Positions 24,613 to 37,485 of a stretch of 64,000 nt of DNA are shown here, one piece after another. The stretch's first letter is position 1, and each line of letters begins with the position of its first letter. Source of the DNA: Lama glama (Eukaryota); NCBI GenBank assembly GCA_028534125.1, contig CM052817.1, positions 54,748,001-54,812,000 on the forward strand. The letters are read 5' to 3'. The position numbers and the translations under genes were made by a program. The notes beneath the pieces are model-generated. The model did not search any database. It was not told the origin of the DNA and saw only the letters and a list, made by a program, of their open reading frames with translations.

Positions 24613-24960
24613 AAAGACAAACTTATTTACAAAACAGAAACAGATGCACAGACATGAAAAACAAACTTATGGTTACTGGGGGGAAAGAGGGTGGGAAGGG
24701 ATAAATTGAAAGTTCAAGATTTGCAGATACTAACTACTATACATAAAATAGATAAACAAAAAGTTTCTTCTGTATAGCACAGGGAACTATATTCAACATT
24801 TTGTAGTAACCTATAATGAAAAAGAAGATGAAAACAAATATATGTGTGTTTAAATATGACTGAAACATTATGCTGTACACCAGAAACTGACACAACATTG
24901 TAAACTGACTACACTTCAATACAAATATGTATACACAAAAAGAAAGCAACAACAACGAAA
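24613..24960 (+). mobile_element. Non-inverted 3' UTR and A-rich tail of the same L1
   Basis: 'aacttatttacaaaacagaaacaga', 'ctgtatagcacagggaactatattcaa', 'ctgtacaccagaaactgacacaacattgtaaactgactacacttcaat' then A-rich tail. Confidence 0.93.
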
Positions 24961-25149
24961 GACAATGGTAGTGAAATCTATGAGAAATTCCATGACATGA
25001 AAAGAGTTGAACATGTTGAAAAATTCATTAAAAGAAAATATGCTGCCTTTTATGTAAGATATAAACCTCCCAGAAACTTTGGATGAAAATCTGTAAAAAT
25101 AGGTCTAGTATAATGTACCCCAAATACTCCTTTGGGACTAATGATACCT

Positions 25150-25370
25150 AATGTGCATGAAGAAATCCTATTTAGGCAGTGTTTCAAGCATTTGGCCTGG
25201 ATTTATTCATTTATATCTCATAGCAAGATAACTCCTCTCTCTCTCTTTCTCCCTCCCTCTTTAGATAAGGAATTGAGATTTTTGTTAACTTACATAGTAA
25301 GTGAATGGCAGAGCTAATTTTGAATCCACCAATGTGACTCAGGAGATCATCCTCTTAGTTGTAACACTGC
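25150..25370 (-). mobile_element. MIR fragment
   Basis: 'ttagataaggaattgaga', 'tagtaagtgaatggcagagctaattttgaatcca'. Confidence 0.6.
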
Positions 25371-25709
25371 ATTCCTGGAATGGTATAGTGTAGAAAAAAG
25401 TGTCTAAACATATCAAATTTGCTCTTGTAAGTGTAGATACTGTTATCATCATCAGTGCTCTACCTGATATATAAATATACCAGCCCAAGCCAGAATTGCC
25501 CTCTCCTACATGTATAAGGTTATTTTTACAGTTTATCTTTCAAACCTGAATAATTCTGAGAGTAAAAGTGTTTAATTACTTGAGGACAACAGGCGTAAAC
25601 TAACCCTGCCCTGGTCGAACTGGGACAGATGGTTGTCATATATAAAATGCTGTGAATTCTCCATCATTGGCCTGAGGACATTCTTTTAGTGGATACAGCA
25701 GCAGTGCTA

Positions 25710-25875
25710 CAGCTTCATGAATTTCTTAAGCTGGGAGGGAGTTTAGAGGCCATCAATTCCAATTTCTTATTTATTCTTAAGGCCCAGAGAGAGATGAAAT
25801 TACTTGTCCAAGATAAAAGCTGGTTAGTACCAAAGCTATCTAGAAACCCAGTGACTCTTTTCAGTATTCAAGGCT
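25710..25875 (-). mobile_element. MIR/MIR3 fragment
   Basis: 'aggcccagagagagatgaaattacttgtccaaga', 'ctagaaacccag'. Confidence 0.6.
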
Positions 25876-26955
25876 TTGCTTGAAGACAAATGTGTATTTC
25901 TTCAGCTGGAGTGAAATGAAGTGGATAGCACCTTACTTATCCCACCAAGTCCTGGCAGGGTTTTTTTCCCTCTTTTCTCTCTAAGCTAGTAACCTGCGTG
26001 ATGGAGCTGACCAGGATGCGCAGACAGGAATATTTTAGAGAGGGACGATGGCATTTCATGGGATGTGGCATCAGCATGCCCTAGACATAGGTTGTTAGTT
26101 TTTACCTTGTCGTAGTTGAATTTAATGGCCAAGGGCCTTACTCTTTAAAGCCTCAATTTCCTCACGTTGAGAGAGAGGAAGTAAAACAAACAAAACAAAC
26201 AGAAACCTTAAAAGTCCCTTTTTTTTTTTTTTTTTTGCTTTAAATTGTATGAGAACAACAGTCTGAGTTTGGGAAAGTTAGTTGGTAAAAAAGGAAGTGA
26301 AGATACCACAGACAGATTTCAGTTTTGCCAAGGGCTAGTCCTGAGTCTGTTGCATGTTAAATCACATACTTCTTGAACTGGATTAGTGAGTAGGTAGATA
26401 GAGATATTGATTAGGACACTAGTGATTTTCCAGTAAATTATGCATGACTGAGTTTAAGTAGACCAACAGGATACTTTTGGACAGTTTCCCACAAGATGAA
26501 CTAACACTGACAGCTCATTTTCTGAAATCATGTGGGGCTACTCAAGGCTTTACAAATGGGAAATAATGGGGATTTTGAAACATAGATCCTAAAATAAAGG
26601 ACAACTAAAATACTGGAAAAATTGTTCTAATATCATGAGACATTTTTTAAGGTATTAAGGTCCTGAGATATCTGTTTGTTACTACATTTTATATATAACA
26701 TGGAAGCAATTGCTAAATGTTTGTACTGTTTAATATTTGGTAATAATAGTAAAAGAAAAACAGGTAAAATTTGACATACTTCATTCTAGAGTCAAATAGA
26801 TGGGTTTACACAGTTGATTACCTCATTTGGCATGTTGTGGTGGGAATCGAGTGAGAAGATGTATTAGAGTGCACATTCACCCTCACTGAGTTGCAGCTAC
26901 ATTTAGCTGTTTTGCCATTCCTTGATTGCATCACACTCTCTTCAGCCACAGAGAT

Positions 26956-27468
26956 TGTGGAATATATTGCACATTGGCTTATTCAACTCCAGTTGTCTCT
27001 CTTGTAGCCTACCTTCCTTTAAACCAGAGGCTAAAAAGCTGAAACCACGTTTCTTAGGTTTCAGTGCATCAGGATTCCAATAAGACTTTCTTCCACAAAA
27101 CAGACATACGGATATGAGACTAGGAAGGCAAAAATAAGCACTGAGGACAAAGGCTGGTTGTTTCTTTTCAGAGCATAGTCTGGGAGTCCTTTTATTTTTA
27201 CAACATCTGTTAGGAGGATTCTGATGTTTGAATATATGGACTATTGCTTTTCTTGGCTGTCCAACAGGAGGTGGTAGAATCAGTGACATTTGGGGCGGTA
27301 ATGTTGGGCATATCTTCTGATGGGGTCATTTTGGCTGTTTAGCAGCAAGCTGAGTTCCCTGGACTTCCCCTAATTCTATGAGTTAGTAATAGGTTGTAAT
27401 GAGGGCTCCTCTGCTTAAACCCACCAGAATGGATTCTGTAGTCTACAACTAAGAATCCTGTAGTAATA
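26956..27468 (+). mobile_element. ERVL solo LTR (LTR33/LTR41-like)
   Basis: Starts 'tgtgg', contains 'cagaggctaaaaagctgaaaccacgtttc', ends 'ctctgcttaaac...ggattctgtagtctacaactaagaatcctg'. Confidence 0.7.
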
Positions 27469-27544
27469 GGTCAGTTCTCAACATTGAAAGAAGGGCGTTT
27501 CATTAAAGCTTATTAATATAAGATAATCTATATTCATATATATA

Positions 27545-27830
27545 TCCATTCAAAATAATTATTGAGCATAAGACACTGGGTTAGATGTTGCACACAAACT
27601 GGTGAATTAAAACAGATAACCCTAGCTATGGAAGTTAAAATCTATTGGGAGAGACATAATTAACAAGTAAATAAACAAACAAAGATATCCTCAAATAATA
27701 ATTAGTGCTAAGAAGAAAATCAGTGAAATGAAGTGATATAATAATAATAATAAAAAGCCTATTTGAATTAGAAGAGGTTTATGGAAAGAAGCCAGCTAGC
27801 AAGATTGTGGGTGAGGCATATCTGTAGGTC
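27545..27830 (-). mobile_element. L2 3' fragment
   Basis: 'ccattcaaaataattattgagca', 'atggaagttaaaatctattgggagagaca'. Confidence 0.7.
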
Positions 27831-29299
27831 TGAAGGTAAAAAATTTGGTTTGGTACCCTAACTTCTGGTGAATTTTACAGTCATCAGCAATATAACAGGT
27901 AGTTAAATAAAAGAGTGATTAAGTAAGTAAAACCTATAATTTGGCAGAAATTGATGGATATTAAGTCAATTAAATGTACTTCTGATGGCAGAGCAAAACC
28001 AGCAATATGACTTATTTCTGATAACTGACAACCTACGTAATTGTATCCAAATATGAAGAACCTCTCTTTTTTCTTAAAGAAAAGGGTATGGGGATAATCT
28101 CTCAGATGACTACATTTTCTAGAAAAACACTACACAAGTGAATGTCATGCTTTCACTGGAAATTGTGTGACATATCTATGGTGGTGGAATTTCTATATTC
28201 TCATGTAACAGAAAAATAAGGTGATGAACTAATTTAATTATAAATAACAAAATGAGCAAGCTAAAGAAAGCAGAGTGTTGAACGATCATTTTGAACACTA
28301 TCATTTAGCCATTGTCAAGAAGACTCTTCTTGTATAACACTACAAATTTTACATACTAACATTTTTTTCATTATATAAATTTTCCTTTTACAAGATCTTA
28401 CTGTTCTTAAAGTCTAAGTGGTGTGCTGGAGTCAGCACTTAGTTCCTGCAGTTTTAATGAAAGAGACTTGTGCTTAGCACATTGGGGGACAAACTGAATC
28501 TTCAAGTCTTTTGAAGGCTATTGATTATGCTGATCAAATAATGTGAAGTGTTTTCAGTGTTCACAGTTCAGATGTGGTGTCCTCAAGGATTAGGCACATT
28601 TTCCTTACATTTGCATGAAAATTTGCATGTGAAACAAACTCCCTTTCTAACCTCTCTCTGGCTGTACCTTTGTCCAGCTAAACCTGGCAGAATATCTCGT
28701 GATGGGCACACGGCCATCATGGCAGATGGGCCTGGGCAAGCAAGTCAAGAGCCAGAATGTACATCGCATTTGACCAAGAAAGGCACATTGACACCAGTAT
28801 GTGTGGAAACAGCATTAGATGTACAGTCTTGCTCCCTGTGGCTGAGGGGCTGTGACCTACCACTCTAGCTGAGAGTGAATTAACTTTGTAAGTCTAAAAC
28901 ATTTAAGCCTAATAATTAGAGATCTATTGTGTAGAAAATTAAGGCTAGAATTCAGGGCATGTCGGAGGAGAACAAAATGTAAAGCTTTGTTCCCAAGATT
29001 TTTTTTGAATAAAATATTGAATATAAATATTTCTTCCAAAAAGTATCACCATCAACCCCAAGGATCATACTGATAATTTATTCTATCCATGCTAGTTGTA
29101 AGGTAATGCATCTTATAAACAATTTTTCAGAGAAAAGATTTACAGTTCCTCTTCACATAAGCAAAAGTGTATTATCTGGCAATTTTGTACTTTATATCTC
29201 ATTTGTCTTTATATAACTTATTAATATTTTCCAATCTATTCTTATTTTATTTCTTCAGTTTTACCTTTTCTCTCCAACTGCCCTACTATACTTTACATT

Positions 29300-30260
29300 C
29301 CACTTCATCAGGAATGAATGTTCTGAGAAACTTGTTTTAAACCTTTATCCACCTCACCTCTGTCCTCTTAAACCTTCTGCTTTTGTGATCTCTGCCAACT
29401 GGTTAAAAAGAGTAAGATGATCTTTGACATGAATTTATCTTTTATTTCTATACCTAATGATTCTTAAAAATTTGCCAGTAATATCACCAGTTTACCCTTT
29501 TAATCAGTTCCCTCATTTCCATATACATTTCTGTTACTTTAATTCTTAGCCTTATCACATCTCACTTGGACCAGGAGAGCACTCCCTTAAGTATTTAGCA
29601 TAATGGCTTTGAAGTCAGACAGCCCAGGTCATCAATCCTGGCACAGCCCTTAATGTCTGTTGGATCCTGAGGAATTTAGTAAACAGTACTTATCTCTAAA
29701 GAATGTGAGAAGGAATAAAATGACATTGTATATACAAATATAGGTATGTAGATATTACCGATAATAAAGTCACTATGTATTATCTTTATCAAAATCATTA
29801 TTAATGCGTTTTCTGACTGCCCACTACATTGTGATAAAATTCATTATTTAAATGCCACATCTAGCCATATAATGACCAGACAATACTCCCAACCCACTTC
29901 AAATTTATCTGCTATTTTCCTCTGTTTTTACAAAATAAAGCCTAAGTACCTTAGCATGTACTGCAAAAGATAGTGGTGTGCTGGTGTTTAGAAGACTGGG
30001 TTTAGATTTAAGCATGGCCACTTAGTCAACAAATACTGGTGGACTGTTGCATACCTGGCACTTTGTTAAAGGCTGAGGATAGAAAAGTCAACCAAACAGA
30101 CACTACAACTCCAGACTGTGGTTATTTGATCTTGATTTGCTTAGTAATTCCAATCTCTAGCTTCTTCATTTATAAGATAAGGATAACTAGATTTTGGCCT
30201 TGTTTAAGAGGTTCGATGTGAAAGCAGAAGTGATTATTATAATTTTGTAAAGATATTCCC
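29300..30260. mobile_element. Cluster of L2 and MIR fragments
   Basis: 'ggctttgaagtcagacagcccag' (MIR), 'aataaagcctaagtaccttagcatg' (L2), 'cttcttcatttataagataaggataa' (MIR). Confidence 0.55.
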
Positions 30261-31219
30261 AATGATAAGAGTAATCAGATTCAAGTCAGAAGCAAAAGTT
30301 AAGAGTTGAGAGAGTGTTCCAAATGGAAGAAGAAAACAAGACTGAACATTCTGTTGATGCCCAAAGTGTAAAAGTCGTCTTCTTGTTCTTTGGATACACA
30401 TACAATCACTTGTTTGTTATTGTTTTTTTTAAAAGCCGGACATATATATATTTATTTTCCACTTATATAATGCACTGTTTTCATTCAATATTTTAGTATT
30501 AGTAAGCTAACTTATTGTTGTTATGTTTATATACAGATAAAATAGAAGTATAATTATGTTTTCTTTAAATCAATAGATTATTCTTTCCTAACTTTCTTGG
30601 AGGATAATGGCTTAATGCATACTTTCCTTTGAAAGTGAGAAGGGATTGGTTTCAGGAGTTTTCTAGATTACAAAGAGCACTGAGGAGAAGAGAGGAGAGT
30701 AACACTGAGAAATAGGTCACTGGGAGAGAGTAGAGAGATTTCATGTAAGTAAAAGAAAGCAAAGCATTTTTTCATATATATGGCACTGCATGAAAATGGC
30801 TATTTAGTGGTTTTATTTTTAATTTCTATGTATTTCTATATTTTAATTCATGTTCTCTCACTGGGAAAATATTAGCCTGAAATTTCTAGAAAGAAACAGG
30901 AATAACAAAAGACCAATTAATTCTTTCAAAGTTAAGCAGTCAATTAATTAAAAGACCTAGGGTAGAACTTTATATGTCTACCACTCAGAGCAACCCTATC
31001 AGTGGTTGTCATCAGAGAAAACTGGGTATACTATGAGGATGTTATATCATAGCTGTAATTTGTCTGCATTCATGTGTCGGCTTACTAACGTGTTTTCCTC
31101 GCTAGATTGTTAATAGATCAGGGCCTGAGGAATTTTGGTGACTATCATATTCCTATGTTTTACCACAGCTCCTGATGCTAAATAGTCAATTCTTGGAGTT
31201 AAAATCCAGATTTATCCCT

Positions 31220-31530
31220 AAAAGACTAATATAATCTCACCTGGCAAAAACTTCGATCACTCCTCCTTCTAGTCTTCTCTTTCTCTGAAACCGTAACCAT
31301 ACTTTTCTCCTTAGTATTCCTGGAAAACACAAAGCACACACTTGCTTCATTGTTTTTGTATTTCCATTCTCTCTCCCGGAAACTCTCACCCCCTAGATAT
31401 CTGTATGGCTTAGTCTGTTACTTGATTCAGTGCTCTGCATATGTGCCATATTTAGAGAAGCCTTTCCTGTCCATCGTATCAAAGATGTTGCTTCCTGTCA
31501 GTCTACATTTAGCTGCCTAATATTTCTTCC
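31220..31530 (+). mobile_element. L2 fragment
   Basis: 'ccccctagatatctgtatggctt', 'tagagaagcctttcctg'. Confidence 0.7.
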
Positions 31531-31539
31531 TAAATTTTA

Positions 31540-33030
31540 TAATTATTCAATATATGTTTATTGAACATCTACTATATATCAGATACTTATCCAAACACAG
31601 GTATATAGCATATACAAACATGGCAAAAATGGCTGTTCTTGTGGAACTTAAATTTGAGCCCAGAGATAGACAAGAAAAAAAGGTTAAGACTAAAATATAT
31701 AATATTTTTGTTAGTGATAAATACCATGGAGAGAATAAATGAGGAAGGGGTTTAGGAAATGCTGGGTGGCCAGAGAAGCCCTCACTTACAGGTGATATTT
31801 GAGTAAAGATTCAAAAAATGTGAGGAAGCAAGTTGGGCAGTGATCTGACAAATGAGCTCCGGAGGAGGAGGGGGTAGCAGATGAAAACGCCCATAGTCGG
31901 GAGTCCAGCCAGATTAATCCAGGATCACAGAAGAGGCCACTGTAGCGAGAAGAGTGACTAAGGGGAGAATGTTGCTACATGAAGGAAGAAAGAAATGGGT
32001 TTAGGTCATGGGCTTTGGAGACCATAGGAAGCACAAGTTGTTACTCTGAGACAGCAGAGATTTAAACAGAAGAAGAAAACCACCACTGGTGGAGAGCTAG
32101 CTCTCTTTGCCAAGATGTTAACATTTCAGCAGAGACCTGAAGGAAATGGCAAACCATGTAGCTCTCTAAATGAAGGCATTTTAGGCAGAGATAATAGCAA
32201 ATATGAAGACCCTGAGGAGGCAAGTGGGGATGTTCTTTAAGAACAACAACAAGGAAGTCAGTGTGGTGGGTGTGCAGTGGACAAAGGAAGAGTCAGAAGA
32301 ATAAGTCCCAGGAGACCTGGCAGATCCTAGGGCCTGTTTAGTTATGGTCAGAGTTTTGGCTCATGCTCTGAGGGAAGTAGGAAGCCATAGTTTTGAAGAG
32401 AATTACTTTGGCTGCTATTGAGACTAAATTATACAGGCACGTGAGCAGGAGCAGGCATGAGGCTACATCAGTAGCCCAGCAGGAGAAGAGATTGCCTAAG
32501 GACGAGCAGATACGTTTAGCTGGAGGTGCCAAGAAGTGGTTAGATTCTGGGAAAAAAAATTACATATTTTAGAATCAGCATTTTCCTCAAACTTTATATT
32601 CTAACATGTTAAACCTATACAAATTGAAATACTGGTAAAATAAACAACATATACTTTTCACCTAGATTCACTTATTGTTACTATTTTGCTATACTTCCTA
32701 TATTGCTCCCCATATATATGTAAATATGTCTGTATATACGTAGTCAACTTTTTCAGCTGAACTTATGCAAAAATATTTAATAGAAAAATCATGATATGTC
32801 ATTCCTAAACTTAGTTGCAGTGATAAGGGTAAGAACATTAGCTACATAACAATAGTATGGAAATATTTTGAGGGAAGAGCAGAAAGCATTTCCTGATGGA
32901 TTGTTTCTGGGATGGAAAAGATGATGTTTCCAAATGTTTTGGTGGTAGCAACTCCAAGTATGGAGAAACCACGTACCTAGATGAGAAACCCTGCAAGAGA
33001 AGCAGGTTTGGGATCATAGAGATTTAATTT
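31540..33030 (-). mobile_element. L2a fragments with a nested old L1 piece (~32590-32860)
   Basis: 'aatatatgtttattgaacatctactata', 'ggccagagaagccctcact', 'aagaagtggttagattctggg', resumes 'atattttgagggaagagcagaaagcatttcctgatggattg'. Confidence 0.75.
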
Positions 33031-33829
33031 CCTACCATTCTTATCTAGAGATTGTCTGGGACAGGGCATAATCCAAAAGTTTGGGGTGTGGAAAAGTTCT
33101 TGAAGTCAAGGATATTTTGTATGGGGCAAGATAAAATAGCAAAACTGAGGTATCAGTATTTTTATATTGAAGTAATTTTCTGGGACTCTCAAATGAAGAA
33201 TGGAGCCAGTCCATTTAGCATGTTTTGACTCTCTGCAGCAGAATGCCTCACAGAGACTGCTGTAAAATTTTAAAAATGTATAAATTTCAATATGAAGAAA
33301 TATAGAGAAAGGTAGTCTCCAGAGTTAGTTAATGATTAGGACTATGACCTAAACCCAAGTTCTTTCTACATCTCTGTTCTATTATCCTAATTGTAGACTT
33401 TGCTTTGATGCTGGTTCCCATTATATTCTTAAAGCAGTTGCTAGAAATACCTAAGGTAAGGTTTATTTGTTCATCTCCAGTGGAAGAGCAACAGAAAAGG
33501 CTTTAACCTAAGCATGGATCGTAATTCCCTCTTTTAAGCATGGTTGGTCCACTTGAGTTACCATTTCAACAAGTACAGTCACCAAGATCCCTCTCTAGAA
33601 CTAGGGATGAGACAGATAACTATGAACACATCAATGAATTAAAAAATTAAAGTTAAGATATTCTGTTAGGAAGAAGAAACAGAATAGTAAGAAAACAATA
33701 GAATCTATTATACAAGTTCTCTTACCCCACCAAATGCAATCAAGTCCTTGAGACAATTATTCTCAGTTGGTTTATCATAGATTATTTTTCCTGTTAAAGA
33801 AAGCCACATAAATTGAACCATACAGTAGT

Positions 33830-34120
33830 ACTCATTTGGATATGGCTGTTTTGATTCTGTGTAGTATCTGTATCTACGTATTGGTTCTTTTCATTGTTGA
33901 GTAGTACTTCATTGTATGAATATACCACATGGATATTGGGTTGTTTATAGTTTTTGATACTTTGGGATAAAGCTCCTGTGATTATCTTAACAAATGTGAG
34001 GCAGAGGATCTTAGAATTATATTTATTTCTCTGGGGAGAATACCTAGAAGTAGAATTGCTATGTTAACTTTATAAAAAATACTGAACTTTTCTTTGAAGT
34101 AATTGTACATACACTGTCCT
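33830..34120 (-). mobile_element. Old L1 (L1M) fragment
   Basis: 'gagtagtacttcattgtatgaatataccaca', 'aatacctagaagtagaattgct'. Confidence 0.65.
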
Positions 34121-34690
34121 AAATAACATACAGTCAGAACAAGCTCTACAGAATTAGAATTTGTGGTTATAGATTTGTAAAATAAAATTAAAATGATTAT
34201 GAACACTGTTCTATTTTCATTTCCACATTACCCTGTGTAGAGACAGGTAACAGACATAGGTCTTATATACTGAGAAGATTCCTTCCAGGGTTGATGAATA
34301 CAGAGCTACCTGGCATATGATATCGGAAGCTCAGAAAAGTAAGTGTTGTTTTTCTCCCTGGTGGAGTGAGTAATGAACACTGTCTTAGAGATTCAGAGAT
34401 GGAGTCTTCAGTAATATTCAGTCAGTAGAAGGGCCAGGACACAGGACTGGAGACAATTTTCATTTTTTAACTAACATGAAACTCTGAGAAAAATTACATC
34501 CACTGAATGACATGTGCTTTCACTGAGTCAGGAAGAGCCTGTTTCCCTGTTAAATTAACAGACAATAATCAGTTTCACCCCCATGCTATGAACAGTCATG
34601 CTGTCTCTGGTAGGCCAGCCTTTGACTCACCTGCATGTTCCTTCTCTAGAAACTGACCAATAACTTCATGTTTATTTATGTGATGCCATC

Positions 34691-35045
34691 TATTATGGCC
34701 TGAATGTTTGTGTCCTCCTTAAATTCATATATCAAAACCCTGACCCCTAGCATGATGGTATTAGGAGGTAGGACCTTTTGGAGGTGATTCATTAGGTCAT
34801 GAGGCTGGAGCACTCACGAATGGGTTTAGTGCCCTTGTTATAGAGACTCCAGAGAGCTCTCCCTCCCACCAGCTAAGCAGCAGAGAGCTGTCTGTGAACC
34901 AGAAAGTGGGCTCTCGCCGGGGATGGTATCCACCAGTGTCTTAACCTTGAACTTCCCAGATTCCAGGACTGTGAGAAATAAACGTCTGTTGTCTTAACAC
35001 CCAGTCAATGTAGTTTCATTACAGTAGCCCAAACAGACTGAGACA
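34691..35045 (+). mobile_element. MLT1A0-like MaLR solo LTR with perfect 5-bp TSD (ccatc)
   Basis: 'tggcctgaatgtttgtgtcc', 'ggtattaggaggt', 'actgtgagaaataaa', ends 'acagactgagaca'; ccatc at 34686-34690 and 35046-35050. Confidence 0.92.
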
Positions 35046-35819
35046 CCATCCATGTGGGGTGTGGGTGAAATCTAAGACATACAAGTCTAACACAAATATA
35101 GAGTTTGGGAAAGTCTATTTATGATGAGCTGGTAGTTCTGTTTATTATCTTGGCCTACACTTTACCTCCCTGTGAGTCTTGAAAAATAGACATTTGAGAT
35201 AATTAGCTCTTTTGTTTACTCTTCTGTCCTTTTATTTTTCTTTCTTCTTCTTGTTTTTCTTCCTAACAATGACTTAAAGCTGAGTTTTCATCTACTTCTA
35301 ATTTTCATGACCTTGTAAACGTAGCACTGTGTCTTTCTCCCTTCTTCCTGTTTTCCAGATAAACACTGTTTGTTCTATATGGCTATTTTTTCCTAGCATA
35401 CCCAGAAAGTTCCACCCTCAGCTCAAAAATGTATTCTCAATACTTCATTTATGCATGTGCTCATGGGCGTCCTGGGCACTAAAGAAAGCTGATGCACAGC
35501 CAGACTTTAAAAGTGTCAGCTCTGTTTAAAATCTGTTTCCTTTCCTTCGTGTACATGATACTGTTCTCCACTGGCAGACAAGGCTAAGCAATTGCAGGCC
35601 TACTGCAATGTTTTTTCCACTCTGTTTTGAATAAAACCACTGGATTGAGGTCATTGTTTTCATTAGAGAAAAGATGATAATGTGATTATCGTATTTCTAG
35701 CTTGGGATCTGCGTCTCTTTCTGAAGCAGTGACTACTGTGGGAGTCATCTGCTCTGCTAGTTGCAAATGTGACTTTGGGCTCTTTCTTTAGTAGCGAGTA
35801 GTTGCTTTATTAAAATAAT

Positions 35820-35895
35820 CTCTCTCTCTTTCTCTCTCCCTTTTTCCTTCTCTTCCTCCTTCCCTCCATCTTTCTTTATTCTCTCTCTCTTTCTC
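35820..35895. repeat. CT-rich low-complexity tract
   Basis: Polypyrimidine run. Confidence 0.85.
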
Positions 35896-35969
35896 AGTCT
35901 GACTTTCTAGTCACCTCTACATCTTCATCACTTTCAGGAGGTCTGCTCTTCTAACAAACATTGCAGCAT

Positions 35970-36085
35970 GGGGGGGGGGCAGGGATATAGCTCTGGGAGG
36001 GTGTAGCTCAGTGGTGGAGCCCATCCTTAAGATGCATGAGGTTGTGAGTTCAATCCCCAGTACCTTGATTAAAAACAAAAATTAA
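35970..36085 (+). mobile_element. tRNA-Ala-derived camelid SINE (vic-1 type)
   Basis: 'gggagggtgtagctcagtggtggagc...atgcatgaggttgtgagttcaatccccagtacc' (Pol III A and B boxes), A-rich tail, flanking aaacattgca/aaacactgca TSD. Confidence 0.85.
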
Positions 36086-37254
36086 AAACACTGCATCTGG
36101 CTTCACCATTTAAGCTCATTCTCATCATCCCTCTAAACTCCTGCAGCTGCCATTACCGAGACCTAGCTGGCTTGATACTTCCCTTTATTTTCCTAAATCA
36201 CCACTCACACAAGGTTATTGGGTATAACTGACACTTACCAAAGGGGTAGCAAAGGATAATTAAAGCCCAAGGAAGAACACAATTCAAATAGAAACCACTG
36301 TCCTAAAATGTTATCATCTCTCCCATGCTCTAAGGAGTCTCTTGCTGACTATATTCTTCATTAGAACTTAGCTTATCACAAACTCCCTGGGTCTCCTAGC
36401 CTACCTGATACCCTTCGCTAGTTGCCCCAGGCCACCAAACTCCAAACCTCTGCATTGCTTTTATTTCCCATGTAGAGCAATTTCATCTCCTTGTCTTGCT
36501 CTCACTCATGCTGAGAACCTCAACATTCCCAACATTGTGGACTCAGTGAGTTCCTATGGTTTAATATACTAAAAATGATGAAAACCATTTTCTTTTGTTA
36601 AAAGCCATGCTTGATGCTGCTACGTCTCTAGTTATATACTACTTACCTTTTTTCTCCTACCTATTGAGATTGCTTATCCATTTCCTCATTCCAATTATAA
36701 TTTGAATCAGAGCTCTGAACTCAATGATTTAAATCATTTTTGAATAATCTCAGTTAACAACAACAACAAAACAGTGAACGTGAACCACATTGCATTCAGG
36801 TTAAATTTCCTTCACATGGTTTAAAATAGTTTCCTCTTCATCTTTAAATATTAAATTCAGCCTACAAGAAAGGATTGCTGAGTGGGATAAAATGATTATT
36901 AACAAACTAGTAAATCGTACTGAATTGAAATACCAATCTTGTATTAATTTCCCTAGCTTTGTAAAGAACTTGGTTAACTGAACGTCTTGGTGATGTGAAA
37001 CAAGGATGCTGCTTTCATACAGCTACACCAGATTTTTGCCTTTTCTTCCTTAAATCCATCATGGGAAAATGGACTGACAGCTATACCAAGTTCTACCACT
37101 TTAACATGACTCAAATATGCAGGAGGGTAAGGTTCTTTCCCTGTTTGCTGAGCAGCTTGGAAAGAGATGGCTACTCATGACCCCACTTCCGCAGAGTACT
37201 TAGAAAAATCCTAGAAAGTGCTCAGATCATGTTGGCTATCATTGTTAGTGAGAG

Positions 37255-37485
37255 GAAGCAGAGTATAGGAATTATGAGATTAGGCTCAGGAACAAAACAG
37301 CCTAAACTTGAATCCTGACATAACACTTACGTGTTGTGATCTTAGGCAGTTAGCTGAATTTTTCCAGGACTCAGTTTCCTCATCAGTGAAAAAAAAAAGT
37401 CAAAAACAGTATTAGGAGATGGCTCAAAGGTTTAAGTTACTTATACATGTAAGGTGCTTAGAATGGTGCTGGCACAGGCTTAATA
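37255..37485 (+). mobile_element. MIR SINE, near full length
   Basis: 'ttgaatcctgaca...gtgatcttaggcagtt...ctcagtttcctcatc...atgtaaggtgcttagaatggtgctggcaca'. Confidence 0.85.

Noticed and set aside
26942..27289. 115-aa minus-strand ORF
   Set aside because: Lies antisense within an ERVL-type LTR; no recognisable domain.
28548..28868. 106-aa plus-strand ORF
   Set aside because: Non-ATG start, no recognisable homology, no convincing exon boundaries.
35995..36065. Functional tRNA-Ala gene
   Set aside because: Stems and anticodon arm are degenerate, and the A-rich tail plus TSD indicate a SINE.
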